A DNA stretch of 37,329 nucleotides from a virus (IMGVR_UViG_3300045988_163332:1-37329), one strand, 5' to 3'; shown: positions 27,720-35,544, counted from the first letter of the stretch. Translations and numbers: made by a program. The notes: generated by a model from the sequence alone, not told the origin.

Positions 27720-28795
27720 TCTAACTCTGCCCCCTCTTCTCCTAGTCTTATTTTTATACTAACTTTAGCTATTTTTTTGAGTAGTTTTTCCAATCTTTCA
27801 AAGTTCTTGGAATAAGACTTTTTAATCTCTCCAAGTTTTTCTAACTCTTCCAGCTTTTCAATAACTTTCTTTTTCTGGTATTGAATAGCTCTTTTTTTAA
27901 TACTCATATTATTTTCAGTCATTACAACATCAAGTAATCTAATATCAAATATTAAATACTCTTTCATCATTAGTCTTTCTGCTAGCCCCTTAGTTCCTGG
28001 AACAACTATCTTTTTCAATTCTTTGATATCATAGTTTAACTCTTTGACTATCTGCTCTGTAAGTATTGCTCCTATTGTTTTTCTAAGTGCTGCAGCTAGA
28101 TTATCTTTAGTTATTCCACCTAGATGATTTAAATTATAGGTCTTGAGGTGTGGAGGTCTTAGCGTCAACTCTCCTCTTAATGCTTGTCTTTTCTTTGCTA
28201 CCTCTTTTCCTGTATCTTCCATCTCTTTTCTTTTGGAATAGATTTTAAAATAGCTAGTTGTTTCTCTGGACTTTTTCCCTCTCTCTTTGAAGTCTACTCC
28301 ATCAAGTTCCAATCTTTTTTTATTGTCTGTATCAAAATACATTCTTGAAGTTGGAAAGATATTTTTATATGCTCTATATATCAAATTTAAAACTTGATAA
28401 TAATTTCTGATGTTCTCAACTTCTAATTGGTTTGATAAGTCCAGACTAACTACTCTAATATCTTCTCCTTTTACAAGTTCTCCTGTTATGCTTCTAAGTA
28501 TTAAGATTAATTCTTGATGTACTTGAGCAATAACTTTTTGATTTGTTACTAGCTTGTAATTGTCATTGTTATCATATCTGGAATAACTGAAAGAGATTAA
28601 TATATTTTTTTTCTCATCAATGCTGATGTAGTTTAACCAGTTATATTTTTTTAATCTGGTATTTTTAAATATTATTTTTTTATTTTCATTTCGTGCCTCT
28701 TCTTCCAGTAGTATGCTAGTTGATTGAATTATGAAGTCTAGTTCATTCAACTTGGCTGGATAACTTATACTTGCAGTATCTACAATCCAACCCAC
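27707..28795 (-). CDS. Hypothetical protein (362 aa), first gene of the late block.
   Basis: ORF with a GTG start after a G-rich SD. C-terminal coiled-coil. Confidence 0.5.
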   Translation of the reverse strand: MGWIVDTASISYPAKLNELDFIIQSTSILLEEEARNENKKIIFKNTRLKKYNWLNYISIDEKKNILISFSYSRYDNNDNYKLVTNQKVIAQVHQELILILRSITGELVKGEDIRVVSLDLSNQLEVENIRNYYQVLNLIYRAYKNIFPTSRMYFDTDNKKRLELDGVDFKERGKKSRETTSYFKIYSKRKEMEDTGKEVAKKRQALRGELTLRPPHLKTYNLNHLGGITKDNLAAALRKTIGAILTEQIVKELNYDIKELKKIVVPGTKGLAERLMMKEYLIFDIRLLDVVMTENNMSIKKRAIQYQKKKVIEKLEELEKLGEIKKSYSKNFERLEKLLKKIAKVSIKIRLGEEGAELEWQE

Positions 28796-28993
28796 CCCCC
28801 TTTTAATTTTCTAAAAGATAGCTTTAATAATTTAAAACTATCTCTAAGAAAATCAGGTATATTTTATTTTTTTATAGTTAAACCCTTGCAGGATATACAA
28901 GGGAGCTTTATTATATATTTAGCTGAGTTTCAATTTTCTAAAACATAGAATTTATGCTAGTTTCAGAAGATTTTTTCTTACTTTTATACCCTC

Positions 28994-29020
28994 AAAAACG
29001 CAATTTTTTTTGCGTTTTTT
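28994..29020. terminator. Bidirectional hairpin terminator.
   Basis: Stem aacgcaa / ttgcgtt with loop tttttt, flanked by an A-run and a T-run. Confidence 0.55.
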
Positions 29021-29046
29021 GGGTAAAAAAATATTTATTAGTATGT

Positions 29047-29184
29047 TTTAAAATTCTATATCTCTTATTTTTCTTTCATAGAACATCATTAACATATGTT
29101 CTTTGACTTCGTTTCTCAAGTCCATTTTGTCTAGCTCTTCTTTAAAATACTTCAATGTCTCAACGAGTTCTTTTGTTTCTTCCA
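29047..29184 (-). CDS. Candidate small protein (45 aa) just downstream of the Cro-like gene.
   Basis: Translation gives MEETKELVETLKYFKEELDKMDLRNEVKEHMLMMFYERKIRDIEF. RBS aggagg 7 nt upstream. Followed by the terminator at 28994..29020. Below the ORF-track cutoff. Confidence 0.35.
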
Positions 29185-29221
29185 TTCCTGCACCTCCTTT
29201 CGTTTTCTTGGTGTTAAAATG

Positions 29222-29422
29222 TTATTTGCTATTTAATACCTTTTCTATTTTCACTAAAATTTCATTGCTTGGGACTTGGTTATTTCTTAATCTCAACATA
29301 ATATTTGCAAATGAAGCTTTAGGAATCCCAGCAAGTTCTGCAAATTCTGCCTGTGTTATTTTTTTTCTTTTTTTAAATTTTTCAATTTCATTTATAATCA
29401 AATCAGTTATTTTTTTAATCAC
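29222..29422 (-). CDS. XRE-family helix-turn-helix regulator (Cro-like, 66 aa).
   Basis: HTH block ITQAEFAELAGIPKASFANI. GTG start. Confidence 0.6.
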   Translation of the reverse strand: MIKKITDLIINEIEKFKKRKKITQAEFAELAGIPKASFANIMLRLRNNQVPSNEILVKIEKVLNSK

Positions 29423-29446
29423 AATATAACCCCCTTTTAGTTATAT

Positions 29447-29475
29447 TATATATCCTTTTTAGTTATTTTTGTCAA
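29447..29475 (-). promoter_or_regulatory. Promoter for the Cro-like gene: TTGACA, 17-nt spacer, TATATA (minus strand).
   Basis: -35 is the reverse complement of tgtcaa at 29470..29475. -10 is the reverse complement of tatata at 29447..29452. Confidence 0.5.
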
Positions 29476-29539
29476 GCATTAAAATTTTATATTGGTTATG
29501 TGAGTTATAAAAAAGCTATAATATAAAGGATTTTGAGCA

Positions 29540-29568
29540 ATAAAAAAGAGGAGAAAATTTTCTCCTCT
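29540..29568 (-). terminator. Hairpin terminator after the CI and secreted-protein operon.
   Basis: Stem agaggag / ctcctct with loop aaaatttt. A U-run follows on the minus-strand RNA. Confidence 0.55.
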
Positions 29569-29621
29569 TAGTATATTTTTTTATTTTTGGTTTTTGGCTA
29601 ATAATTCTTATAAAAATATTT

Positions 29622-30173
29622 TTAATTATAAATTTTTTCTAAAATTTCCCCTATTCTTTGTTGATTATATCCAACTAATTCAGCTGTTTTTTTTCTAAAT
29701 AACATTATTCCAGAAATACTATTTTCCCCTAAAATTTCTTTTTCTTTTTCTAAACCAAATTTAATATAAATTATTTCTTGAAACATATTTTTACTTTGTA
29801 ATCCTCTTATATTTTCCAATGTTGAAAATATATATTTTCTTTGTTGTTGAACCTCTTTTATATTTTTAAATTTCTCATCTGTAACCTCTTTTAAAAGCAG
29901 CATTCCTAAAGAAGTTTGATATATATCATAGGCTGAGTTTTCAAGTTCTGTTAAATATTGCGTTTTATCTTCTTTGGGATTTTTAGTTAAAATTTCTACA
30001 ACCTCTTTATAATTATTCATTATTTGTTTAAAATCTTTTTCATAGTCATTAGTTTGATATGCAACAATAAACATTTCAAAAGTTTTATCAGTTATACTTT
30101 TTATAATTATATCGTTTTCAGCATAGATATTAAAATTAAAAATCAAAAATAACATTAAAAATACTTTTTTCAT
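29622..30173 (-). CDS. Secreted protein with a signal peptide, co-transcribed with the CI repressor. Candidate superinfection-exclusion or lysogenic-conversion protein.
   Basis: N-terminus MKKVFLMLFLIFNFNIYA followed by ENDII is a signal peptide without a lipobox Cys. The ATG is 8 nt after the CI stop. Confidence 0.55.
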   Translation of the reverse strand: MKKVFLMLFLIFNFNIYAENDIIIKSITDKTFEMFIVAYQTNDYEKDFKQIMNNYKEVVEILTKNPKEDKTQYLTELENSAYDIYQTSLGMLLLKEVTDEKFKNIKEVQQQRKYIFSTLENIRGLQSKNMFQEIIYIKFGLEKEKEILGENSISGIMLFRKKTAELVGYNQQRIGEILEKIYN

Positions 30174-30181
30174 AAATCCCC

Positions 30182-30832
30182 CTAATAATATCTCATAACA
30201 CTTCTTAATCTTCCAATGACTCTAAGCTCTGATTGGTCCATTATTTTAATTTTAGGGTAATATGGATTTATACTTTTTAAAAAAATATCTCCCTCATCTT
30301 GTACGAATTTTTTTAAATATACTGCTCCTTGATAATTGACAACTATAATTTTATTTAAAATACAGTCTATGTTTTTAGTGTCAACTATAACTATATCTCC
30401 ATCTTTTATCTCTGGTTCCATAGAATCTCCAGCAACTCTTATAGCTATATTTCCTGTTTTTGCTAAATCTTCTGGCACTTCTATATATTCCAGAGTTCCA
30501 TAATCATTAAAACAACCATATCCAGCTGAAGCTTGAATATCTGGATAAAATGGGATCTTTTTTTGATTAACATTTTTTATTTGCTTTAATTGTAAAAACT
30601 CTTCTTTTAAACTCTCTGGTGCCTTTTCTAAATCTACTAATTTTAATAACTGAGCATAACTTTCTTTATCCATTATTTGTCCTAATTGCTCAATCGTTGT
30701 TGCTGGAATCTTTCTTTTTCCATTTTCAATATTTGTAATAAAAACTTGACTACATAGCAATTTATCGGCTAAATCGACTGCTCTTAAATTATTTTTCTTT
30801 CTAAATTCCTTAATAAATTCTCCTGCTGTCAT
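30182..30832 (-). CDS. CI-type repressor: N-terminal XRE HTH fused to a LexA/S24 autopeptidase domain.
   Basis: HTH block LRAVDLADKLLCSQVFITNIENGKR. S24 motifs GDSMEP and a K further downstream (VAGDSMEPEIKDGDIVIVD). Confidence 0.8.
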   Translation of the reverse strand: MTAGEFIKEFRKKNNLRAVDLADKLLCSQVFITNIENGKRKIPATTIEQLGQIMDKESYAQLLKLVDLEKAPESLKEEFLQLKQIKNVNQKKIPFYPDIQASAGYGCFNDYGTLEYIEVPEDLAKTGNIAIRVAGDSMEPEIKDGDIVIVDTKNIDCILNKIIVVNYQGAVYLKKFVQDEGDIFLKSINPYYPKIKIMDQSELRVIGRLRSVMRYY

Positions 30833-30862
30833 ACTTTTTCAACTCCTTTTATAACTAATTTG

Positions 30863-30891
30863 ATTATACAATAAAAAAAATAACTTGACAA
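30863..30891 (-). promoter_or_regulatory. Repressor promoter (minus strand): TTGTCA, 17-nt spacer, TATAAT.
   Basis: -10 is the reverse complement of attata at 30863..30868. -35 is the reverse complement of tgacaa at 30886..30891. Confidence 0.5.
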
Positions 30892-30913
30892 ATAACTTTC
30901 TTGGTTATATAAT
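30885..30913 (+). promoter_or_regulatory. Early rightward promoter: TTGACA, 17-nt spacer, TATAAT (perfect consensus). Its -35 box overlaps the divergent repressor promoter face to face.
   Basis: -35 ttgaca at 30885..30890, -10 tataat at 30908..30913. Repeated AAATAACT and TTATAT(A/G)AT motifs flank it. Confidence 0.6.
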
Positions 30914-30996
30914 CATATCAAATAGATAACTTAGTTAGTTATATGATAATCCTAAAAAAACATAAAAGCAAGTAGAAAATATAAGGAGTTGGTAAT

Positions 30997-31443
30997 ATGT
31001 ATAAATACTTTAACAGTAACGAGGATTTAAAAAAACAATATAGAGAATTATGTAAGAGATTACACCCAGACCACGGCGGAAATGAAGAGGACTTCAAAGA
31101 GATGATGGCAGAGTATGAAAGAATACAACTTGAGGGATTTAAACAACAAGCAAGGGAAGCAGGGGAAGAGATAGCCCCAGAGGTTATGGAGATACTAAAG
31201 AAAATAATACATTTCCATGGTTTAGAGATTGATGTTGTAGGTTCTTGGATATGGGTATCTGGTAATACTTTCTTATACAAGGAACAGTTAAAAGAACTTG
31301 GTTTTAGATGGAGTGCTAAAAGAAAAAAATGGTACTTTGGAGAGAAAAAAGGAAAAGGAACATTCAAGGGAGATTATGAAGAGTTAAAACAAAAATATGG
31401 TTGGCAAAGAGTACAAGGAAGCAACCTACAAGCGATAGCATAG
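30997..31443 (+). CDS. J-domain (DnaJ-like) protein. First gene of the early operon.
   Basis: N-terminal J-domain with the HPD motif (KQYRELCKRLHPDHGGNEEDFKEMMAEYERI). The C-terminal 90 aa are unassigned and Trp rich. Confidence 0.7.
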   Translation: MYKYFNSNEDLKKQYRELCKRLHPDHGGNEEDFKEMMAEYERIQLEGFKQQAREAGEEIAPEVMEILKKIIHFHGLEIDVVGSWIWVSGNTFLYKEQLKELGFRWSAKRKKWYFGEKKGKGTFKGDYEELKQKYGWQRVQGSNLQAIA

Positions 31444-31513
31444 TTAAGTTTTTATAGGTTCCCTAAGAGCCTTGGGGAACTTGTTAAAAACTTAAAAGGG
31501 GGCGGTCAATATG
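31443..31513 (+). repeat. Copy 1 of a triplicated early intergenic unit of about 70 bp, with a 23-bp palindrome (31458..31480) followed by an RBS and atgact.
   Basis: Sequence agtttttataggttccctaagagccttggggaacttgttaaaaacttaaaagggggcggtcaatatgact. Very similar to the copies at 32474 and 33191. Confidence 0.7.
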
Positions 31514-31711
31514 ACTGATGAACAAATTAGATTTTTTATAAAAGATTATATTTTACCAGAGATTAGAAAATACAAATCTGAAAGTATAGAAGTATTTTAC
31601 AAAGAAAAAAATGGTGTCTATACAGTTAGTATAGATGGCAAAGAATTTAAAGATTCTGATATTAAATCTTGCCTAGAAGAAGCAAGAGGATATTTTAAGG
31701 GGTGGTTCTAA
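31511..31711 (+). CDS. Small hypothetical early protein (66 aa).
   Basis: ATG directly downstream of repeat copy 1. Confidence 0.5.
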   Translation: MTDEQIRFFIKDYILPEIRKYKSESIEVFYKEKNGVYTVSIDGKEFKDSDIKSCLEEARGYFKGWF

Positions 31712-31890
31712 TGTCACAAGATGTAATGTTCTTAAAATATATCAATGAGAAATGGGGAGTTCTTACAGTAAGAAGATTTAAAAAATTTTATATAGTAAAC
31801 GCTGGAGAGTTCCACGGATATGGTTTAACAGTATCTGAAGCGATAGCAAATTTAGCACTTAATAATCAAGAGGAGGGAAAACTATGTTAG
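31711..31890 (+). CDS. Small hypothetical early protein. The ATG at 31711 overlaps the upstream stop; the ORF-track GTG at 31702 is less likely.
   Basis: taATG overlap with the stop of the upstream gene. Confidence 0.45.
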   Translation: MSQDVMFLKYINEKWGVLTVRRFKKFYIVNAGEFHGYGLTVSEAIANLALNNQEEGKLC

Positions 31891-32159
31891 ATAAAGAATT
31901 ATTAGAAGGATTTGAAACAATGCAACAATTACAAGATGATGGACTAATTGATTCTTATAATTATAACTCGAAAACAGGAGATTTTATGGTATTTTCTGGA
32001 CTTGGTAAAAAAGAAGTTAAGTTCCAGGTAGATATGGATAGTATGATGGAGTTTTTAGAAGAATGGGAAAAAGAAGTTGAAGAAGCTTTCCAAGATAAAA
32101 AAAGAGAAGAACAAGACAGAGAAGCAGCTTACTGGGCAGTCCAAGGGGTTAGATATTAA
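31884..32159 (+). CDS. Acidic hypothetical early protein (91 aa).
   Basis: ORF with RBS gaggaggg. Confidence 0.5.
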   Translation: MLDKELLEGFETMQQLQDDGLIDSYNYNSKTGDFMVFSGLGKKEVKFQVDMDSMMEFLEEWEKEVEEAFQDKKREEQDREAAYWAVQGVRY

Positions 32160-32226
32160 TGATAGCTTGGATAAAACATATATTAAAATTCAAAATTAAA
32201 TATAGCAAAATGTAGGGGGAATAAAA

Positions 32227-32475
32227 ATGTTAGCAGTAATGATGGAGAATTTAAAAGAAAAATACAGTATTAAAAATTTAGTTTGGGAGATAAAAAACAA
32301 TATAGTTTTCTTTAGTGGAGAACTTAAAAAAAATATAGTTGCTGGATATGTAGGAGAAAAACCAGTAAGTTATGAGAAAAAATTAGATTTTAATAGCTTT
32401 AGGGTAGCAGATGAAAAAGTAGAAAAAGAAATTGATGACTTTTTCCAAATGCTTGAAAATGTTTTTAATAAATAA
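32227..32475 (+). CDS. Small hypothetical early protein (82 aa).
   Basis: ORF with RBS taggggga. Confidence 0.5.
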   Translation: MLAVMMENLKEKYSIKNLVWEIKNNIVFFSGELKKNIVAGYVGEKPVSYEKKLDFNSFRVADEKVEKEIDDFFQMLENVFNK

Positions 32476-32548
32476 TTTAGTTTTTATAGGTTCCCCAAGA
32501 GCCTTGGGGGACTTATTAAAAATTAAATTGGAGGTGGTCTTTATGACT
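32474..32548 (+). repeat. Copy 2 of the triplicated intergenic unit (palindrome 32490..32512).
   Basis: Sequence tttagtttttataggttccccaagagccttgggggacttattaaaaattaaattggaggtggtctttatgact. Confidence 0.7.
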
Positions 32549-32680
32549 GATGTTAGATTAGAAAGACTTGATAACTACTTTGATGAGGAGTTAGAAGAAG
32601 TTAGAGAAGCTGCAGCAGATATGACAGAAAAAGAGCTTAGAGAATTTTTAGAACTTTTAAATATTGAGGAGTGGTTTTAA
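32543..32680 (+). CDS. Small acidic protein (45 aa) starting MTDVRLERL. The ORF-track start at 32432 is a spurious upstream extension through the repeat.
   Basis: The ATG at 32543 is preceded by ggaggtgg inside the repeat unit. Confidence 0.45.
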   Translation: MTDVRLERLDNYFDEELEEVREAAADMTEKELREFLELLNIEEWF

Positions 32681-33192
32681 TGGCAAATATAATAAATTTA
32701 TTAGAGGACAAATTAGCATTAAATGAACTTTGGGAAAATTCCATTGATGAGAACACAGGAGAAATAAAAGAGTGTGAAGCTTTAGAGGCTTTAACAAAAG
32801 AAATAGAGCAAGATTTGAGCAGTAAAACAGGTAGAATTATACAGGTATTTCAAAATAATAAAGCACAAATAGAAGTGCTGGACAAGGAAATAAAAAGGCT
32901 TGAAGCTAGAAAAAAATCTTTAGAGAATAAAGATAAAAATTTTAAAAACTTTTTAAAATATACTCTTGAAAGAATAGGAGTAAAAAAAATAGATACTATC
33001 TTTGGAATAATAGGAATAAAAAATAATCCTGCAAGTGTAGAGCTTATAGACAAAGACAAAATACCTGCAGAATTTAAGACAATAAAATATGTTGAAGATA
33101 TTTCAAAAACTGAAATTTCAAAAGCTTTAAAGGCTGGGGTAGAAGTTCCAGGAGCAGAACTTAAACAAAGTACAAGTTTATATATTAAATGA
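32680..33192 (+). CDS. Gp157-like protein (Sipho_Gp157 family), of the kind commonly paired with phage annealing proteins.
   Basis: 170 aa and coiled-coil rich. The ATG at 32680 overlaps the upstream stop. It sits just upstream of the Rad52-like gene, as in other Firmicute phages. Family call from memory. Confidence 0.4.
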   Translation: MANIINLLEDKLALNELWENSIDENTGEIKECEALEALTKEIEQDLSSKTGRIIQVFQNNKAQIEVLDKEIKRLEARKKSLENKDKNFKNFLKYTLERIGVKKIDTIFGIIGIKNNPASVELIDKDKIPAEFKTIKYVEDISKTEISKALKAGVEVPGAELKQSTSLYIK

Positions 33193-33265
33193 TTTAGTTT
33201 TTATAGGTTCCCCAAGAGTCTTGGGGTACTTATTAAAAATTAAATTGGAGGTGGTCTTTATGACT
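33191..33265 (+). repeat. Copy 3 of the triplicated intergenic unit (palindrome 33208..33229).
   Basis: Sequence atttagtttttataggttccccaagagtcttggggtacttattaaaaattaaattggaggtggtctttatgact. Confidence 0.7.
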
Positions 33266-33883
33266 AAAGAAAAATTTCAAGAAATGTATTTAAAAGATTT
33301 AACAGGTATGATAGAAACAATAGACACAGGAAAAAGAAAGCTATCATATATTAGCTGGGCTAATGCTTACAAAATGGCTATGGAGCAAGACCTATCAATG
33401 AGTTATGAAATATTAGAAGATTTAGAGGGGTTTCCTTTATTCTCAAGAGGGGATTGCCACTTTGTAAAAACTACTGTTACTATGTTTGGAGTAACTAAAA
33501 AAATGATGTTACCTATTATGGACAATAGACATAATTCTATAAGCAAACCTAACAGTAGAGATATAAACGACAGTATAATGAGATGTCTTGTAAAAAATAT
33601 AGCAATGTTTGGTATAGGACTATCATTATACACTGGAGAGGATTTAGAAAAGTATAAGGAATCTAAAGAAGATAAAGAGGTTAAGGAAGTTGAAGAGCAA
33701 ATTACACCAGAAGAGAGGTCTAAATTTATAGAAGTTATAAACAAAAAATACTCTAAAGAGGATATAGACAAGGCTATATACTTAGTTAAGGAAAATGGTA
33801 GATTTGAATTTAATATCTACACAGCAAGTAAAAAAGAATTAAACTATTTAAAAGCAACTTTAAGAAGTTTAAAAACTGCATAA
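33260..33883 (+). CDS. Rad52-like single-strand annealing protein (Sak family).
   Basis: The ATG at 33260 follows the repeat RBS. YISWANAY and DSIMRCLVKNIAMFGIGLSLY resemble the Rad52 N-terminal-domain motifs YIS and D.lkRaL.sFGnaLG. Acidic C-terminal tail. Confidence 0.5.
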   Translation: MTKEKFQEMYLKDLTGMIETIDTGKRKLSYISWANAYKMAMEQDLSMSYEILEDLEGFPLFSRGDCHFVKTTVTMFGVTKKMMLPIMDNRHNSISKPNSRDINDSIMRCLVKNIAMFGIGLSLYTGEDLEKYKESKEDKEVKEVEEQITPEERSKFIEVINKKYSKEDIDKAIYLVKENGRFEFNIYTASKKELNYLKATLRSLKTA

Positions 33884-33889
33884 AATAAA

Positions 33890-33919
33890 AATGGCAGGTT
33901 TATTCCTGCCACTTTTATT
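33890..33919 (+). terminator. Rho-independent terminator ending the early operon.
   Basis: Stem ggcagg / cctgcc with loop tttatt, followed by acttttatt. Confidence 0.6.
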
Positions 33920-34035
33920 AAAGAATCTCGAATAACATATGACGATTAAAAAAAGCATCTTATATGGGGTTAAAAATTTGGATACAGTAGTATAATATAC
34001 TTTTAGGTATAAGTCAATATCTTTTTAAACAAAAA

Positions 34036-34375
34036 GTATAGAGGTACAAAATCCAATTTTTATAGGTACAACATCAAAATTAATGTACCTTTAAAAACTA
34101 CAAAATCCAAATTATAACTACATGTCCTTTTATTATTGTAGTTAATTTATTTCCTATTTAGAAGAATATCTTTATATTCTTGTTTCTTTTAATATATTTC
34201 GACACCTCTCAAACCTTTAATTTTAGAGGGCTAGAGAAGACAAAAAACGACAAAATCCAGAGTATTTAACTACAAAATCCAAAGCAAAAAACGACAAAAT
34301 CCAGAGTATTTAACTACAAAATCCAAAATATAGAACTACAAAATCCAAAATTTAACGACATTATTTATTGACTAT
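34036..34375. repeat. Iteron-type replication origin. About 8 copies of ACAAAATCCA(A/G), including a 45-bp unit repeated twice in tandem. Inverted repeats and an AT-rich unwinding stretch lie alongside.
   Basis: Copies at about 34044, 34094, 34250, 34272, 34295, 34317, 34339 and 34352. The sequence caaaaaacgacaaaatccagagtatttaactacaaaatccaaag occurs twice in tandem. Inverted repeats aggtaca..tgtacct and actaca..tgtagt. AT-rich stretch at 34140..34200. Confidence 0.65.
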
Positions 34376-34386
34376 GTAGTTTTAAT

Positions 34387-35544
34387 ATGATAAACTTTTC
34401 TATAAAAGGAGGGGTAAGCTTGGGAAAGGAAAACTACAATTTGATACACCACAAAGATTTTCATAAACTGCAACTGCAGAATTACAATGTAAAAGAAAGA
34501 GCAATATTTTTAACTCTATGTTTGAAACTTATGGAACAGGAAGATGATGTTGTTAGTTTAAAAATATCAGAACTAACAAAAATATCCAATTATTCTCCAA
34601 GAAAAAAAGGGGATAATATAATACTTTTTCTTAAAGAATTAAATGACAAATTAAAAACTATGGAAATAATACAAACTAAAGAAAATGGAGATTTTAAAAG
34701 TATAACATTGTTTCCAACTTTTGAAGTCAACCAAGATTTTGGAGAGGTAAAAATAAGAGTAAATCCAGATTATAAATATCTTTTAAATCATTTGCAACCA
34801 CCATTTACAATACAAGATGTAGTTGAATACTCTGGACTTAAAAGTGGATATTCTCAACTGATGTATAGCATTTTAAAAAATTGGAATAAAGCTAAGAAGA
34901 TTAGTTTTAAATTAGATGACTTTAAAAAAGAGATGGGAATACCTGAAAATTATAGAATTTGTGATATAGATAGCAGGGTTATAGCTCCAATAACATCAGA
35001 GCTTTCAGTTTTATTTCATGGGCTAAAGGTTGAAAAAATAAAAAATGGAAGGTCGGTAGCTGGGTTTGAGTTTACCTGGAAAGATAACAAGGTTGATGAT
35101 GTAGTAGTTGATGAAGAGGAAATAGAGATTTCAGAAGAGTTGCTATCAGCTATTGAGAAAGCAGAGAAAAACAGATTTATAAAACCTTTCTTGACTGATG
35201 ATAATATAATAAAACTTTTAGATAAATTTAGCCAAGAGCAATTAGAAAAAGGATTGAAAGCTGCTTATGATTTAATTAAAACAGAATTTACAAGTCTTAA
35301 TTATTTGATAAAAGTTATTGAAGATAGTTTGAATAAACCTAAAAGAAAAATAGTTATAAGAAGAACTAAGGAAGCAGAAAAAATAAAAGAAGTTGAAGAG
35401 CCAGTAGTCAAGAAAAAAACAACTCCACTAACTAATGAAGAATATCAAAATGCTATGAAGATATATCAAGCTACTGGAGAAGATTTTGGTTATGAACCAG
35501 AGGAAGTAAGAGAGTATATAAAAAAATATAAGGATTTAATATAG
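34387..35544 (+). CDS. rep: Plasmid-type replication initiator (iteron-binding Rep). Start may be the ATG at 34387 or the TTG at 34430.
   Basis: 385 aa, immediately downstream of the iterons. Strong RBS aaggaggggtaagc before the TTG at 34430. Followed by parA. Confidence 0.55.
   Translation: MINFSIKGGVSLGKENYNLIHHKDFHKLQLQNYNVKERAIFLTLCLKLMEQEDDVVSLKISELTKISNYSPRKKGDNIILFLKELNDKLKTMEIIQTKENGDFKSITLFPTFEVNQDFGEVKIRVNPDYKYLLNHLQPPFTIQDVVEYSGLKSGYSQLMYSILKNWNKAKKISFKLDDFKKEMGIPENYRICDIDSRVIAPITSELSVLFHGLKVEKIKNGRSVAGFEFTWKDNKVDDVVVDEEEIEISEELLSAIEKAEKNRFIKPFLTDDNIIKLLDKFSQEQLEKGLKAAYDLIKTEFTSLNYLIKVIEDSLNKPKRKIVIRRTKEAEKIKEVEEPVVKKKTTPLTNEEYQNAMKIYQATGEDFGYEPEEVREYIKKYKDLI

Noticed and set aside
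26295-27762. Plus-strand ORFs 26295..26900, 27058..27390 and 27439..27762 inside the late block.
   Set aside because: Cys/Ser/Leu-rich antisense frames overlapping the portal and terminase small subunit genes. They have no RBS and run in the wrong direction for the operon.
30939-31367. Minus-strand 142-aa ORF antisense to the J-domain gene.
   Set aside because: It starts inside the divergent promoter region and has a Ser/Leu/Phe-rich low-complexity product. The plus-strand J-domain ORF has a clear motif and an RBS.
33403-33771. Minus-strand 122-aa ORF inside the Rad52-like gene.
   Set aside because: Antisense Ser/Leu-rich frame. The plus-strand gene has an RBS from the conserved repeat unit and a recognisable motif.
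34036-34375. Possible CRISPR array, because of regularly spaced short repeats.
   Set aside because: The repeats are 10 to 16 bp with short, irregular, AT-rich spacers of 6 to 30 bp that are partly repeated themselves. They sit directly upstream of a Rep gene and there are no cas genes. The pattern is typical of iterons.
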